Made by a program: the position numbers and the translations under genes. A stretch of DNA of 64,000 nt, taken from contig JBHYGA010000006.1 of the NCBI GenBank assembly GCA_051859245.1, forward strand, positions 192,001-256,000, given 5' to 3'. Shown piece after piece: positions 18,768-28,042 of this stretch. Position 1 is the first letter of the stretch, and every line of letters starts with the position of its first letter. The notes under the pieces were generated by a model that worked only from the letters and a program-made list of their open reading frames with translations, was not told where the DNA came from and searched no databases. Origin of the DNA: Gemmatimonadaceae bacterium (GTDB lineage: Bacteria > Gemmatimonadota > Gemmatimonadetes > Gemmatimonadales > Gemmatimonadaceae).

Positions 18768-19664
18768 ATGTTCACTTCAGCGATTCGCGCGATGCAGTTC
18801 GAAGATTGGGTCGAAATTGAAGCCGAGTTCAACAGACTCTCTCTTCACAGCGACGACATCCCGGGTGGGGGGCTTGCGATTGGTGGCGATGAGGCGCTTC
18901 AGCAGTTTCTGGCGCACCTTCGCGGGCTTTCGCCAGGCGCAACATGGCGTGATGTACTGCCAGATCTGCCGGAGCACTGGTATATCGACGATCCCGAATC
19001 ATGGACGTTCCCTTATCATCCGATCGGCCCTTTCGACTATCCGCGGTTGCCTGCGGGTCCAGTCATCATGACTTCATGCGGGGTCGAGCACGATGAATCC
19101 ATTGTGCGCCGAGTAATCGACGACGCGCGCGTTGCTGGCTTCGCCATCTACGGCGCTGGCATCGCCGGCGAGATGAGCGGAGAAACTCGAGAGCGACTCA
19201 TTCGAATCGTGATGGAGCACGGCACCACCGAAGAACCGCTGTCTGCGTTTACCCAGTGGATCGCTGCACGCGACGATCTTCGTTTCGACGGCGTCTCACG
19301 GGGAATAGAGCGGCCGGTGATCTATCAGACCGATGCCGAGTACGCGCCGCTTTCGGAAGCGACGCAGTGGAGACATGTTCGGTTCGACCTGAGTACGAAT
19401 CCGCCAGTGGATTTCACGTGGGAACGGGAATGGCGCATTCGCACAGACGAGCTCATGTTCTCACCTCACAATGTTCGCGTTGTCGTACCTGATCGAACAG
19501 TCCTAGAGTGGCTCCGAGAACGGCACGCGCGAGACCAGGATTACCTTACGCAAGCGTACGGCACGATCATGGGCCAGGAACTCGCTGAAGCATACCGCGA
19601 GGACTTCCCGTGGGAGGTTGTCAACCTTCGTCTTGATCAACTCCTCATCGACGATGCTGGCTGA
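18768..19664 (+). CDS. Cassette 4: hypothetical, possibly chimeric, protein with C-terminal DFTWEREWRI motif
   Basis: ATG 5 bp after the core site; 298-aa ORF ending inside a degenerate inverse core site. Confidence 0.65.
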   Translation: MFTSAIRAMQFEDWVEIEAEFNRLSLHSDDIPGGGLAIGGDEALQQFLAHLRGLSPGATWRDVLPDLPEHWYIDDPESWTFPYHPIGPFDYPRLPAGPVIMTSCGVEHDESIVRRVIDDARVAGFAIYGAGIAGEMSGETRERLIRIVMEHGTTEEPLSAFTQWIAARDDLRFDGVSRGIERPVIYQTDAEYAPLSEATQWRHVRFDLSTNPPVDFTWEREWRIRTDELMFSPHNVRVVVPDRTVLEWLRERHARDQDYLTQAYGTIMGQELAEAYREDFPWEVVNLRLDQLLIDDAG

Positions 19665-19694
19665 CGATGCTTGCTGCAGACGCTGGTGTTAGGC
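19659..19694 (+). mobile_element. Collapsed attC remnant (36 bp)
   Basis: GGCTGAC-gatgcTTGCTGCAGac-gctggt-GTTAGGC: left-arm motif and core site retained, centre missing. Confidence 0.55.
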
Positions 19695-19784
19695 AGACCA
19701 CAACCATCGCTTTCAAGTTAGCTCCACATGCACGTGATGGTGAGTCCGTGGCGTACCATGCGCTGACCGAGCACGTCATTGTTC

Positions 19785-21323
19785 CTACGCGGACGTGCTC
19801 GCGAGCGCGTCCGTCAAGGCGTGCTCGAACAGGCGCGCACTCTCGTATCGCTCCGACGGTCGCTTGGCGAGACAGCGTTGGAGCACTGCGTCGAACGCCG
19901 CGGGCAGCTCCGGTCGCACCGCGCGCACTGACGGTGGCGCTTCGCTGAGATGGGCCAGCATCATCTGCAGCGGTGCACGCCCCTCGAACGGTGACCGTCC
20001 GGTGACCAGGAAGTAGCCGAGCGCGCCCAGGCTGTAGATATCGCTCGCTGGTCCCGGCGTTTGGTCCCCCGCGCACTGTTCGGGGGACATATAGGCGGGC
20101 GTGCCGAGTGCAATGCCGGCTTGGGTGATGCCGCCCGTGCCGTCGCCTACGACATCACCGTCCGCATTGTGCGCGGTTACGAGCCCAAAGTCGAGCAGCT
20201 TGGCCACGTCGGGTATGCCGCCTCGCTCGCCGAGCATGACGTTGCCGGGCTTGATGTCGCGGTGCGTGAGGCCTGCGCGGTGTGCTTCGTGCAGTGCGCC
20301 CGCGATCTGCCGAAGCACATGTATTGCTCGCGGTGCGTCCATGGGCCCGTCGCGCGACACGAGCTGCTCGAGCGTTATCCCGGGTAGATACTCCATGACG
20401 TAGTAGAACGTACCGTCATCAGTTATGCCGTAGTCGTAGATCGCAATGGTGTTCGGATGCGTGAGCGTGGCGGTGGTTTGCACTTCGCGCTCGAAGCGGC
20501 GTAGCACGTCAGAATTCCCGGCGTGCTCAGGCCTGATCAGCTTGATGGCACACGGTCGGCGCAGCAGTCGATGCTCGGCGCGGTACACTTCGCCCATTCC
20601 GCCCGAGCCGAGTGGCTCCACCAACACATACTGACCGAGCCGAAGCGCATCGCGCGCCACGGTGGTCGCCGCTTCAATGCGATATGCGCCGAACACCGCG
20701 TACGCGGTGAATCCAAGGAGAAGGCTCCACTGTGCTCCGAAGAACGTGGCAGCAACGGACATGGGAATCGAATACTGACTCAGAATCCAGGCATCAACGA
20801 GTGCGATTTCGCCAAGCATGAATGCAATCATCCACGCGGTGCGCTGCCATCGATTCGGAATCAGCAGACCGTACGCGACGATCATGAGTGACATCCACGC
20901 GGCCTGGCTTAATCCGAGATCCAGCGGCGCCTCGTCGAGGAGCGGGACGATGGAAGGAAAGGCGCCCCCTATGTACAACGCCACCCATGTGCTGAAGCCG
21001 GCAATGAGCACGACTTCCATCCGCCGGAGCCGACGCATGGAACGCGGGCGACCTTTGCGCAGCCACCACGCGACGAAGGCGCAGAGCAGCATCGGCACGC
21101 CGACAATGACTCTGCCTGTTTGCACGGGGGCACGATCGCCGATCGCGCCCAACAACTTCACGCTCAGAAGTACGAAAAACGTCAGCATGGTCGCGACGAT
21201 GACGATCGCGATCACGCGCAGTCGCCCCTGCAGCGTCGCAGCAAGGTCGTCGCTCGCGCCGGAGCCTTCGCCGGACGCGAAGCGAAAACGGGATGGCAAG
21301 GCTTCAGTGGCGTTGCGCGTCAT
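19785..21323 (-). CDS. Hanks-type Ser/Thr kinase with N-terminal multi-TM region
   Basis: LGSGGMGEVY, AIK, HRDIKPGN, DFG, GTPAYMSPEQ, DIYSLG; about six hydrophobic helices N-terminal. Confidence 0.93.
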   Translation of the reverse strand: MTRNATEALPSRFRFASGEGSGASDDLAATLQGRLRVIAIVIVATMLTFFVLLSVKLLGAIGDRAPVQTGRVIVGVPMLLCAFVAWWLRKGRPRSMRRLRRMEVVLIAGFSTWVALYIGGAFPSIVPLLDEAPLDLGLSQAAWMSLMIVAYGLLIPNRWQRTAWMIAFMLGEIALVDAWILSQYSIPMSVAATFFGAQWSLLLGFTAYAVFGAYRIEAATTVARDALRLGQYVLVEPLGSGGMGEVYRAEHRLLRRPCAIKLIRPEHAGNSDVLRRFEREVQTTATLTHPNTIAIYDYGITDDGTFYYVMEYLPGITLEQLVSRDGPMDAPRAIHVLRQIAGALHEAHRAGLTHRDIKPGNVMLGERGGIPDVAKLLDFGLVTAHNADGDVVGDGTGGITQAGIALGTPAYMSPEQCAGDQTPGPASDIYSLGALGYFLVTGRSPFEGRAPLQMMLAHLSEAPPSVRAVRPELPAAFDAVLQRCLAKRPSERYESARLFEHALTDALASTSA

Positions 21324-21517
21324 GACAGCAGAAGATCGTCGGGCGATTTCGTGAGCGCAAACTGCGGAGTCAACGTGTGCCGCGTCGGTGGAGTCACCAT
21401 GGCGCCGCGTCCTGTCATGCGCGATCCGCGACCGTGAAGCGCGAGCACATGCCTGACGTCCGCGCAGGCAGTCGCGATCGCATTGCGCGACCCGCCATTC
21501 TCACCCATGTTAACCTC

Positions 21518-22129
21518 GTGCTTCGTCAGTTTCTTTTGCTGGCCGCGTTGACTGCGGCCCTCCTCCCCTGCGTCCTTGCCGCCCAGTCGCGCGAGAAGAC
21601 GACGGGCTGGGCGATCGCGGCGAGCATTGGTGCGGGTGTGGCGGACGTCCCAACATCGCCAACGCCAGTCTACTTCGACGCTTCACAGGTAACGGCCCGG
21701 CTCGCCGTACAGCGTTCACTCGGCGCGGGTTTTGCCGGCGGCATCTCGCTGTTGGGGACAATCGGCACCACGGGTAGCGATTGCGCACTCGGTCCCTGCG
21801 CACCACAGTTTCGACAGAGCGCGGCGAGCGCCACGATCACCTATATCCACCGCGCCTCGATTGAGCGGTGGATACCGATTGTCTCCTTGGCGGCCGGCTA
21901 CGCGCGCCTGCCGGAGCAATGGGCGGCGGCTCCCGAAACGCGTACGCCAGCGGCTGGCACGTTGCTGCTCAGTGGCGCCCTTGATGTTCCGCTCGTGATA
22001 CGATCACGCTCGGCAGTGTTGGTGGGTTGGGAGAGCAGCGTGCTACCGAACGCGCCAGGCGACCGAATCGCCGTCAACACAATCGTCTTCACGGTGCGTC
22101 ATGCGCTGCGCCCACGCTCGGCGCGATGA
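21518..22129 (+). CDS. Secreted/outer-membrane beta-strand protein (start uncertain)
   Basis: Signal peptide ending LAA-Q; alternating amphipathic strands; followed by attC remnant. Confidence 0.55.
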   Translation: MLRQFLLLAALTAALLPCVLAAQSREKTTGWAIAASIGAGVADVPTSPTPVYFDASQVTARLAVQRSLGAGFAGGISLLGTIGTTGSDCALGPCAPQFRQSAASATITYIHRASIERWIPIVSLAAGYARLPEQWAAAPETRTPAAGTLLLSGALDVPLVIRSRSAVLVGWESSVLPNAPGDRIAVNTIVFTVRHALRPRSAR

Positions 22130-22131
22130 CG

Positions 22132-22253
22132 ATTGCACGAGCGTTGCTGCAGCCAAAGACGTTTCAGTCCGCTGTGTAACTGTGCGGTGCTTGCGCACCG
22201 CTCCGTTCAGCGCTGATTTATTGGAGCCTTCACCGAAGAACCGAACGTGAGAT
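22132..22253 (+). mobile_element. Degenerate attC-like site
   Basis: Left arm GAGCGTTGCTGCAGCC, central GCGGTGCTTGCGCACCGC hairpin, mutated core GTGAGAT. Confidence 0.5.
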
Positions 22254-22272
22254 GTTCAAAGACGGAGTATCG

Positions 22273-22806
22273 ATGCGCACGTTCTGGTATGTGATGACGA
22301 TGACCCTCAGCTGCAGCGCAGCGCTGCTCGCGCAAGCGCCGAGCGAAGATGGCAGGGTTGCACTCGACAGTGTCGTGCTGCAGCGCACCAGATGTTTGGG
22401 CGCCTGCCCAGCCTACAGCATGAGCGTTCGCGGGGATGGATTCGTACGGTTTGTGTCGCACAACCGCGAAGATCGCGGACGGGTGGAATCACACACGCGC
22501 AGTCCCGAGATCATGCGTCGTATCGAGGGTGAGCTCGAACGTGCTCAATTCCAGACGCTGCCGGAGATCACGATGGGGCGCGCGCCGTACTGTCGAATTG
22601 TTGCCACCGATGCACCCACGATTACGGTCAGCGTATTCCGCTCGACGGATGTCCGCTCGCTTAGCTACTATACCGGGTGCATGGGCGAATCAGCGCAAGA
22701 CACGAGTGCGCGATCGATGATTCGCCGCCTGCGCGCGCTTGGAGATAGCATCGACGTCATCGCTGCCGGGGACGGTTGGAGCCTGACTAAGAGGCCCATT
22801 CCGTGA
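22273..22806 (+). CDS. Secreted DUF6438-like protein
   Basis: Signal peptide; LQRTRCLGACPAYSMSVRGDG and TDAP motifs. Confidence 0.7.
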   Translation: MRTFWYVMTMTLSCSAALLAQAPSEDGRVALDSVVLQRTRCLGACPAYSMSVRGDGFVRFVSHNREDRGRVESHTRSPEIMRRIEGELERAQFQTLPEITMGRAPYCRIVATDAPTITVSVFRSTDVRSLSYYTGCMGESAQDTSARSMIRRLRALGDSIDVIAAGDGWSLTKRPIP

Positions 22807-23246
22807 AGATACTATTTTCGGTGGTGCTGACGAGTGCGCTGCTGTCCGCGTGCTATCTGCAACGGTCGGCACCGGCCGTAAGTTGCTTGCAAGAGCAGCT
22901 GCCAAGTTCGAGGTCTTACGACCCGATCCGCAACGCTCGCCTCATTGTAACCGATCAGAATTTTCGCAGAAACTTGTCGCTGCCGACTGTGGATACATCA
23001 CACGTCCAATTCGAAACAGATCCGCGTGTCTGCGCCAAGATCAGCCGGGCGCTGGGGCGTACCCGTGCAAGTTTCGACAGCGCCAGTGCTACGCAGCCAA
23101 CCTATGTCGATGTCATCGTTGTTCGATTGGGCACCGCCGGCTACTACGTGCAATCGATGTGGCACAGTACGAGCGCCGGAGAATTCCCGTGTCACCAATT
23201 CGTGTTCGATGCCAACATCAAGCGCAAGGAAACGCTCTGTGGCTAG
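22803..23246 (+). CDS. Hypothetical lipoprotein
   Basis: Lipobox LLSAC; GTGA overlap with upstream gene. Confidence 0.65.
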   Translation: MKILFSVVLTSALLSACYLQRSAPAVSCLQEQLPSSRSYDPIRNARLIVTDQNFRRNLSLPTVDTSHVQFETDPRVCAKISRALGRTRASFDSASATQPTYVDVIVVRLGTAGYYVQSMWHSTSAGEFPCHQFVFDANIKRKETLCG

Positions 23247-23263
23247 TCGCCTTGCACGAAGCG

Positions 23264-23382
23264 AACAAACGAGCGCTGCTGCAGTCAAAAGTAGTGAAGT
23301 GTGCTGTGTGATTGCACACGACTTGGTGGCCCGGTTCACAGCGATATCATAAGAGCCTCTGCTGTAGAGCCGAACGTTAGAC
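23264..23382 (+). mobile_element. Degenerate attC-like site
   Basis: AACAAAC-GAGCGCTGCTGCAGTC...GCTGTAGAGCCGAAC-GTTAGAC. Confidence 0.55.
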
Positions 23383-23403
23383 CCACAATCGACCTTACGC
23401 GCG

Positions 23404-24465
23404 ATGCACAGTCAACGTCGACAGTTGTCTGCCGCTCCTCTCGTTTCGCTGGTGTTTGCGATTGCCTGCAGCGGTCCTGACGCGACTGTGTCGGAGTTCA
23501 CACTCGGGCCAGCGCTGTGCGGCGTAGAGGTTGGATCTGAGCCATCGGTTGCGGTGTTGCCCAAAGGCAGGATTGCGCTGACCGTGCCAGGTGAAAAGAG
23601 AGTGCTGGTCCTCGACAGCCTCTGCAATACCGTGGCCGAGCTGGGCCGCGCCGGTGCTGGCCCGGGCGAGTATCAAGTCGCAGCCCGCGCGTTTGTCGAT
23701 ACTGCAGGTGGTCTCCACGTGCTCGACCCGGTGTTGCAGCGGGTTACCCACTACAACGCAGCGGGCGAGCACCTCGGAGCCACGGCGGTGACCGCCGGTC
23801 ACGATGTGGAATCGCTGATGATGGCCGCCAACGGTTCGGTCTTCTCCATCGCACCGCTCACCGGTGTTGACGACTCTGTTTCGCTCGTTGTTCACCGCGC
23901 CCTCGACGTGTCCGGCGCCATCGAGATTGCTCGCTTGCATCGCCCGGTACCGGTATTGGTTCCGCTCGGAGAGATCGCCATCAACACCCCACCCGAGTAC
24001 GCGCCGTTCGACGCGTGGGGGACGCTACCGAGTGGTGACGCATGGGTTGCCCGAGGTGCGGATAATCGGCTCGAGCTGATTCGAGGCGACAGCGGAGTAT
24101 CCGGACCTCCCGTCGCTTTCGCTCGAATCGAGACGGTCCCCGCTGATCGTGACCGTTGGCGCGGCCTGCCGGCTCCAGCGCGCTTCCGCGTCAGTGCGCG
24201 CCCTCTCTCGCAGATCAAGGCGCCCTTCCAAGGGGTCGTGCGCGCTGACGACGGCGAGTACTGGATGTGGCTGAACCAGCCAGCGGGGCACAGTGCCGAG
24301 CTCTACGCGTGTCGCACGCTTGAGAGTAATGAGTTGTTGAGAGTGATAGTCCCGAACGCGCATAAGGTGCTCGCAGTCGGACCCGATCGCGTGTACATGT
24401 ACGGCGAGGACGCGGAGGGAATTCCGATGCTCTCCGCGCACAGTCGTCCGCGCTGCGCACGGTAG
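23404..24465 (+). CDS. Beta-propeller (NHL/6-bladed) lipoprotein
   Basis: Lipobox AIAC; GRAGAGPGEY motif. Confidence 0.7.
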   Translation: MHSQRRQLSAAPLVSLVFAIACSGPDATVSEFTLGPALCGVEVGSEPSVAVLPKGRIALTVPGEKRVLVLDSLCNTVAELGRAGAGPGEYQVAARAFVDTAGGLHVLDPVLQRVTHYNAAGEHLGATAVTAGHDVESLMMAANGSVFSIAPLTGVDDSVSLVVHRALDVSGAIEIARLHRPVPVLVPLGEIAINTPPEYAPFDAWGTLPSGDAWVARGADNRLELIRGDSGVSGPPVAFARIETVPADRDRWRGLPAPARFRVSARPLSQIKAPFQGVVRADDGEYWMWLNQPAGHSAELYACRTLESNELLRVIVPNAHKVLAVGPDRVYMYGEDAEGIPMLSAHSRPRCAR

Positions 24466-24506
24466 GCATACAAAGTCTGCCTGGCCAAGCGTCTGACTAC
24501 GCTTGC

Positions 24507-24625
24507 TATCAACGAGCGCTGGTGCGGTCGCGGTTCTGGTGCCGCCGATCCACTTTACGAAAGGAATGCAGCCGCCTCACCACCGCATTTTATGGCAGCG
24601 CTCGAAACGGAAGCACACGTTACAC
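24507..24625 (+). mobile_element. Degenerate attC-like site
   Basis: TATCAAC-GAGCGCTGGTGCGGTC...CGGAAGCACAC-GTTACAC. Confidence 0.45.
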
Positions 24626-24691
24626 ATCGACAAACTTCGTCGCGATTGATTACGTGCGCACGGCTCGGTCATCGAACTCACGAGGGAATCC

Positions 24692-25861
24692 ATGAACCGC
24701 TTTTTGCGTTCGAGCTTCACCCGCGCGCTCATAATGTTCAGTTCTGCGAGCGCCTCCTTGTGCGCAGCAGGAGCGACGGCCGCCGCACAGGCAGCGATCC
24801 CCACCGTCGACGTTCGGGAAGAGATTCGCATCCAATCGAGTGATGCCGTCCCAGACATGCTCCTCACCGCGATCGAGCGTCTGGCGGTGCTTCCGGACGG
24901 CCGAATGGCTACCTCGCACCCGCAGGAAGCCATTGTCCGAGTCTTCGATCCAAGCGGCCGCCTGATCAAAACAGTTGGACGCCGAGGTGATGGACCTGGT
25001 GAGTTCCGCACGATCCGCCAGGTGGGGTACGTCGGCGACAAGCTCTGGGTGGAGGATCTCTGGCGCGGTTTTCTCGTTTTTGACGCGCCCTCTTATGAGC
25101 CCATCGGTCGCGTTGTTCGGCCCCCTACCGCCGGGTTCACGCTCGGTCTCACCTCCGACAGTTCGAGCTTCCACTACACGAGTCGGCAGGATCCCACACG
25201 CGTGAGTTTTTACGACCGGCTCGGCGAGCGTGAGTTGCCAGTTGACATCAGGATGCGAACGGCCGGCCACCGTTTTGAAGTGCCGTGGTCGGAGGTCACG
25301 CCGGGGGGAACGCTTACCGGACGCAGCGTGTCGCGGACGTTGAGTTCACCACTGGGCACCGCAACACAACTCAACCTTGTTCCGGGCGGACGTGAAGTGA
25401 TCGTGCTCGAGGCGTCCGAGCTCTGGAACGGTCCTCCGGGGCAGTTCACGATTCGCCGGATCGACGTCGCCACCCGACGCATCTCGGCACCGGTGACCGT
25501 CGTACTGCCAGCGCGCCGCGTCACACGGACCGAAGCCGACTCGCTGATTCGTCAAGCAACGCCGGTCGTGAGGCAACCTCAGGATGCGAAAGGCGCCGCA
25601 GCGTATCGCGCGAAGGCGCGGGTGCCGGCGGTCTATCCGGCCTTCATGAGCGCCCGTCCCTCGGCTGACGGCGTCCTCTGGCTGACGGAATACGCGCGGC
25701 CAGATACCCGCCTGGTGGTCGACCTTTCGGGGAGAGTATTGATGCGTGTTCGTCTTCCCGCGGACCTCCGCGTACTTGCAGTAAGTCGCACACACGTCTG
25801 GGGGCTCTCCTTGGATGCGGACGATCTGCCGATCATCTCCCGCTATCGGGTGCAGAAGTGA
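24692..25861 (+). CDS. Secreted 6-bladed beta-propeller protein
   Basis: Signal peptide; VRVFDPSGRLIKTVGRRGDGPGEF; C-terminal DADDLPIISRYRV. Confidence 0.75.
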   Translation: MNRFLRSSFTRALIMFSSASASLCAAGATAAAQAAIPTVDVREEIRIQSSDAVPDMLLTAIERLAVLPDGRMATSHPQEAIVRVFDPSGRLIKTVGRRGDGPGEFRTIRQVGYVGDKLWVEDLWRGFLVFDAPSYEPIGRVVRPPTAGFTLGLTSDSSSFHYTSRQDPTRVSFYDRLGERELPVDIRMRTAGHRFEVPWSEVTPGGTLTGRSVSRTLSSPLGTATQLNLVPGGREVIVLEASELWNGPPGQFTIRRIDVATRRISAPVTVVLPARRVTRTEADSLIRQATPVVRQPQDAKGAAAYRAKARVPAVYPAFMSARPSADGVLWLTEYARPDTRLVVDLSGRVLMRVRLPADLRVLAVSRTHVWGLSLDADDLPIISRYRVQK

Positions 25862-25928
25862 GTGGCGCCGCTCATTTGGCACGAGTCTCGCTTCGACGCT
25901 GCGTTACAAACGTGCAGCCGACGGCGCG

Positions 25929-26169
25929 AAGCGTTGCTGCTCCCAGCGCTTTGCGGAATGCGCGCTGCGCGCACAATTTCACCGCGTCGGCGTCGCAAGC
26001 GATCCATTCATCCTGCAGTAGCAAACGACAACGCGCGTGAGGCGCGCAAAGCCATCGCCTGGCAAACCTTATGTCGCGGCCGTCAGGGCGAGACGGAAGG
26101 CTCCTTGTTCGCTGTGATCACTGATCGGAATTTGTTGTCAAGCCCGGCTGCGGAACGCGAGCGCTAGGT
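25929..26169 (+). mobile_element. attC half-site remnants
   Basis: Left-arm-like AAGCGTTGCTGCTCCC (25929-25944); GCTGCGGAACGCGAGCG (26147-26163) identical over 17 bp to the right arm of attC2 (17992-18008), followed by mutated core GCTAGGT. Confidence 0.5.
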
Positions 26170-26195
26170 TGCAACTCGCCGCACCTTGGAGGGGA

Positions 26196-27446
26196 ATGGC
26201 CATCACATTTGCAACAAGCCACGGCACCGTGCGCCGCCCCATTTTGCTTGCGCTCGCCCTGTGCGCCACGGAAGCGGCAGCGCAGGGTGTCGACTCAGCC
26301 GCTCTCCAGCGATTGGACGCTGCGGCGCGCGCGGCGCACTCCGATGCGCTCGTGGTGCTGCAGCACGGGCAGGTCGTGCGGTCCTGGGACGCGTCCGCCG
26401 CGCCCACGCCGATTCCGGCCATGTCGGTGACGAAGTCCATCGCCAATCTGGCGATCGGGCGGCTGCTCACCACGGGGCGGCTGCGTTCACTCGATACGCC
26501 GCTCGCCACCTTTTTTCCCGAGTGGCAGGGAGGACCGAAAGCCGCCATCACGCTTCGACACGTGATGGAACACACCTCCGGTTTGCGCCACAACCAGGCG
26601 TGGGAGCGCAGCCCGGATCGGCTGCGTCTCGCGCTTGAGGCCCCGCTCGAGGACGTGCCGGGCACGCGATACGTCTACAACAACACCGCGGTCGAGTTGG
26701 TGAGCGGTGTGGTCGCGCGCGTCACAGGACAGCCGCTCGATGCCTTCGTCGCCGCCGAACTCTTTCAGCCGCTCGGGATCCACGCCTTTGGCTGGAGCCG
26801 CGACAGCGCGGGCCTCGCCGGGGCCTATGCGGGCTTGGACATCCGGCCAGCGGATCTGGCGACGATTGGCCAGTTCGTGCTGCAGCGCGGGGCGTGGCAG
26901 GGCGTGCGTCTCATCCGCGCGGACTGGTTCGACCACCCGGCCGCACCGCCGCGTGAGGAACCCCGCGCCGCGCTGCTGTGGCACGGGATCCCGTCATGGC
27001 TCGCGTTCGTGATCGACGACGCGCACCTCGCCATGCTTTCACGTGCCGGAGTGGACAGCGGCTTTCTACGTGAGGCCCAGCGCGCCCGGGGCCGCTTCAC
27101 GTCGATACCCGCGCTCACGGGCGCGCTGGCGACGGTGTTTGGACCCAAATTCTATGAGGTCTTGCCCGCCCAGTTGAACGAGAGTCGCCAGACGCTGTAT
27201 CGCGTCGAAGCGGGCCCGATGATTGGCCTCGCGGCGTTCGGCTACCTCGGCCAACAGCTCATCATTCTGCCCGAGTCCGGTATCGTCGCGGTCCGTATGA
27301 TTCGCAGCCGCGCCGACTTTAATGCGGCCACCGACAGCTTCGATGAGTTCCCGACGCTCGTCCGCGCCCTGGTTCCCTCGCGCCCGCCTCTCCCGTCGTT
27401 GACCGTTCACGGGCGCCGTGGCGCAGGTTTGCGTCGAGGATCCTGA
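26196..27446 (+). CDS. Secreted serine hydrolase, beta-lactamase/transpeptidase-like fold
   Basis: SxxK (SVTK), YxN (YNN), HTSG, LFQPLGI, GYLGQ. Confidence 0.88.
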   Translation: MAITFATSHGTVRRPILLALALCATEAAAQGVDSAALQRLDAAARAAHSDALVVLQHGQVVRSWDASAAPTPIPAMSVTKSIANLAIGRLLTTGRLRSLDTPLATFFPEWQGGPKAAITLRHVMEHTSGLRHNQAWERSPDRLRLALEAPLEDVPGTRYVYNNTAVELVSGVVARVTGQPLDAFVAAELFQPLGIHAFGWSRDSAGLAGAYAGLDIRPADLATIGQFVLQRGAWQGVRLIRADWFDHPAAPPREEPRAALLWHGIPSWLAFVIDDAHLAMLSRAGVDSGFLREAQRARGRFTSIPALTGALATVFGPKFYEVLPAQLNESRQTLYRVEAGPMIGLAAFGYLGQQLIILPESGIVAVRMIRSRADFNAATDSFDEFPTLVRALVPSRPPLPSLTVHGRRGAGLRRGS

Positions 27447-27538
27447 CGCAAAGCTGCAGTGTACCCGATGGAAGCGGCCTCAGCTGGCCGTCGGCCGACA
27501 GCGTGTTGGCGCGCGGTCACTTCCACTTTTTCCGTATC

Positions 27539-28042
27539 ATGTCGATCACCGTTTTCCCGATTCGCGCGGGTGTCACGTCCGCCGCTGACCCGGCGTCCAC
27601 CGTGCTCCGCGTGCGTCTGTCGTCTCTCGTCCGGCGTGCCGTGTCTGCCGCTGCCACCGTTACCCTCGTACTCGCGGTTGCTGCCAAATCGGCGCAGGCG
27701 CAGGATCTGTCAACCCATGTACTTGATCTCGCCCAGGGCGTGGGGAGCGTCGGCGTTCCGGTCAAGCTGGAACAGCGTGTGGGTGAGGAGTGGCGGGAGG
27801 TGTCACGCGCCGTGACCGACTCCAGTGGTCGGGTGCGCGCCTTCACAGGAACGCGACGCGAAGCCGGCGTTTTTCGCCTCACGTTCGATATGCGCGCTGT
27901 TGCGGTCGCGCCAGCGTCGGGTGCGAAGCCGCGTCCGTTCTTTCCTGAGATCGTTGTCGTATTCGAGGTGCCCGATACCGCGCACTATCATGTACCGGTC
28001 GTCGTGAGTCCGTTTGGCTACAGCACATACCGCGGCAACTGA
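27539..28042 (+). CDS. uraH: 5-hydroxyisourate hydrolase (transthyretin-like), exported form (start uncertain)
   Basis: LSTHVLD, TDxxGR, FFPEI, HYHVP...PFGYSTYRGN; signal peptide ending AQA. Confidence 0.85.
   Translation: MSITVFPIRAGVTSAADPASTVLRVRLSSLVRRAVSAAATVTLVLAVAAKSAQAQDLSTHVLDLAQGVGSVGVPVKLEQRVGEEWREVSRAVTDSSGRVRAFTGTRREAGVFRLTFDMRAVAVAPASGAKPRPFFPEIVVVFEVPDTAHYHVPVVVSPFGYSTYRGN

Larger units (their letters stand above)
16320..19694 (+). mobile_element. Integron-type gene cassette array without integrase in window (CALIN-like), four delimitable cassettes
   Basis: Co-oriented ORFs separated by imperfect palindromes bounded by ..TAAC and GTTA..; cassette ends self-complementary. Confidence 0.8.

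Noticed and set aside
16320..26169. Recurring intergenic motifs as a CRISPR array
   Set aside because: The units are long imperfect palindromes separated by whole genes, not identical short repeats with 30-40-bp spacers; no cas genes
26196..27446. Calling the serine hydrolase a beta-lactamase resistance gene
   Set aside because: SxxK and YxN are shared by many esterases and amidases of this fold; nothing specific supports beta-lactam hydrolysis
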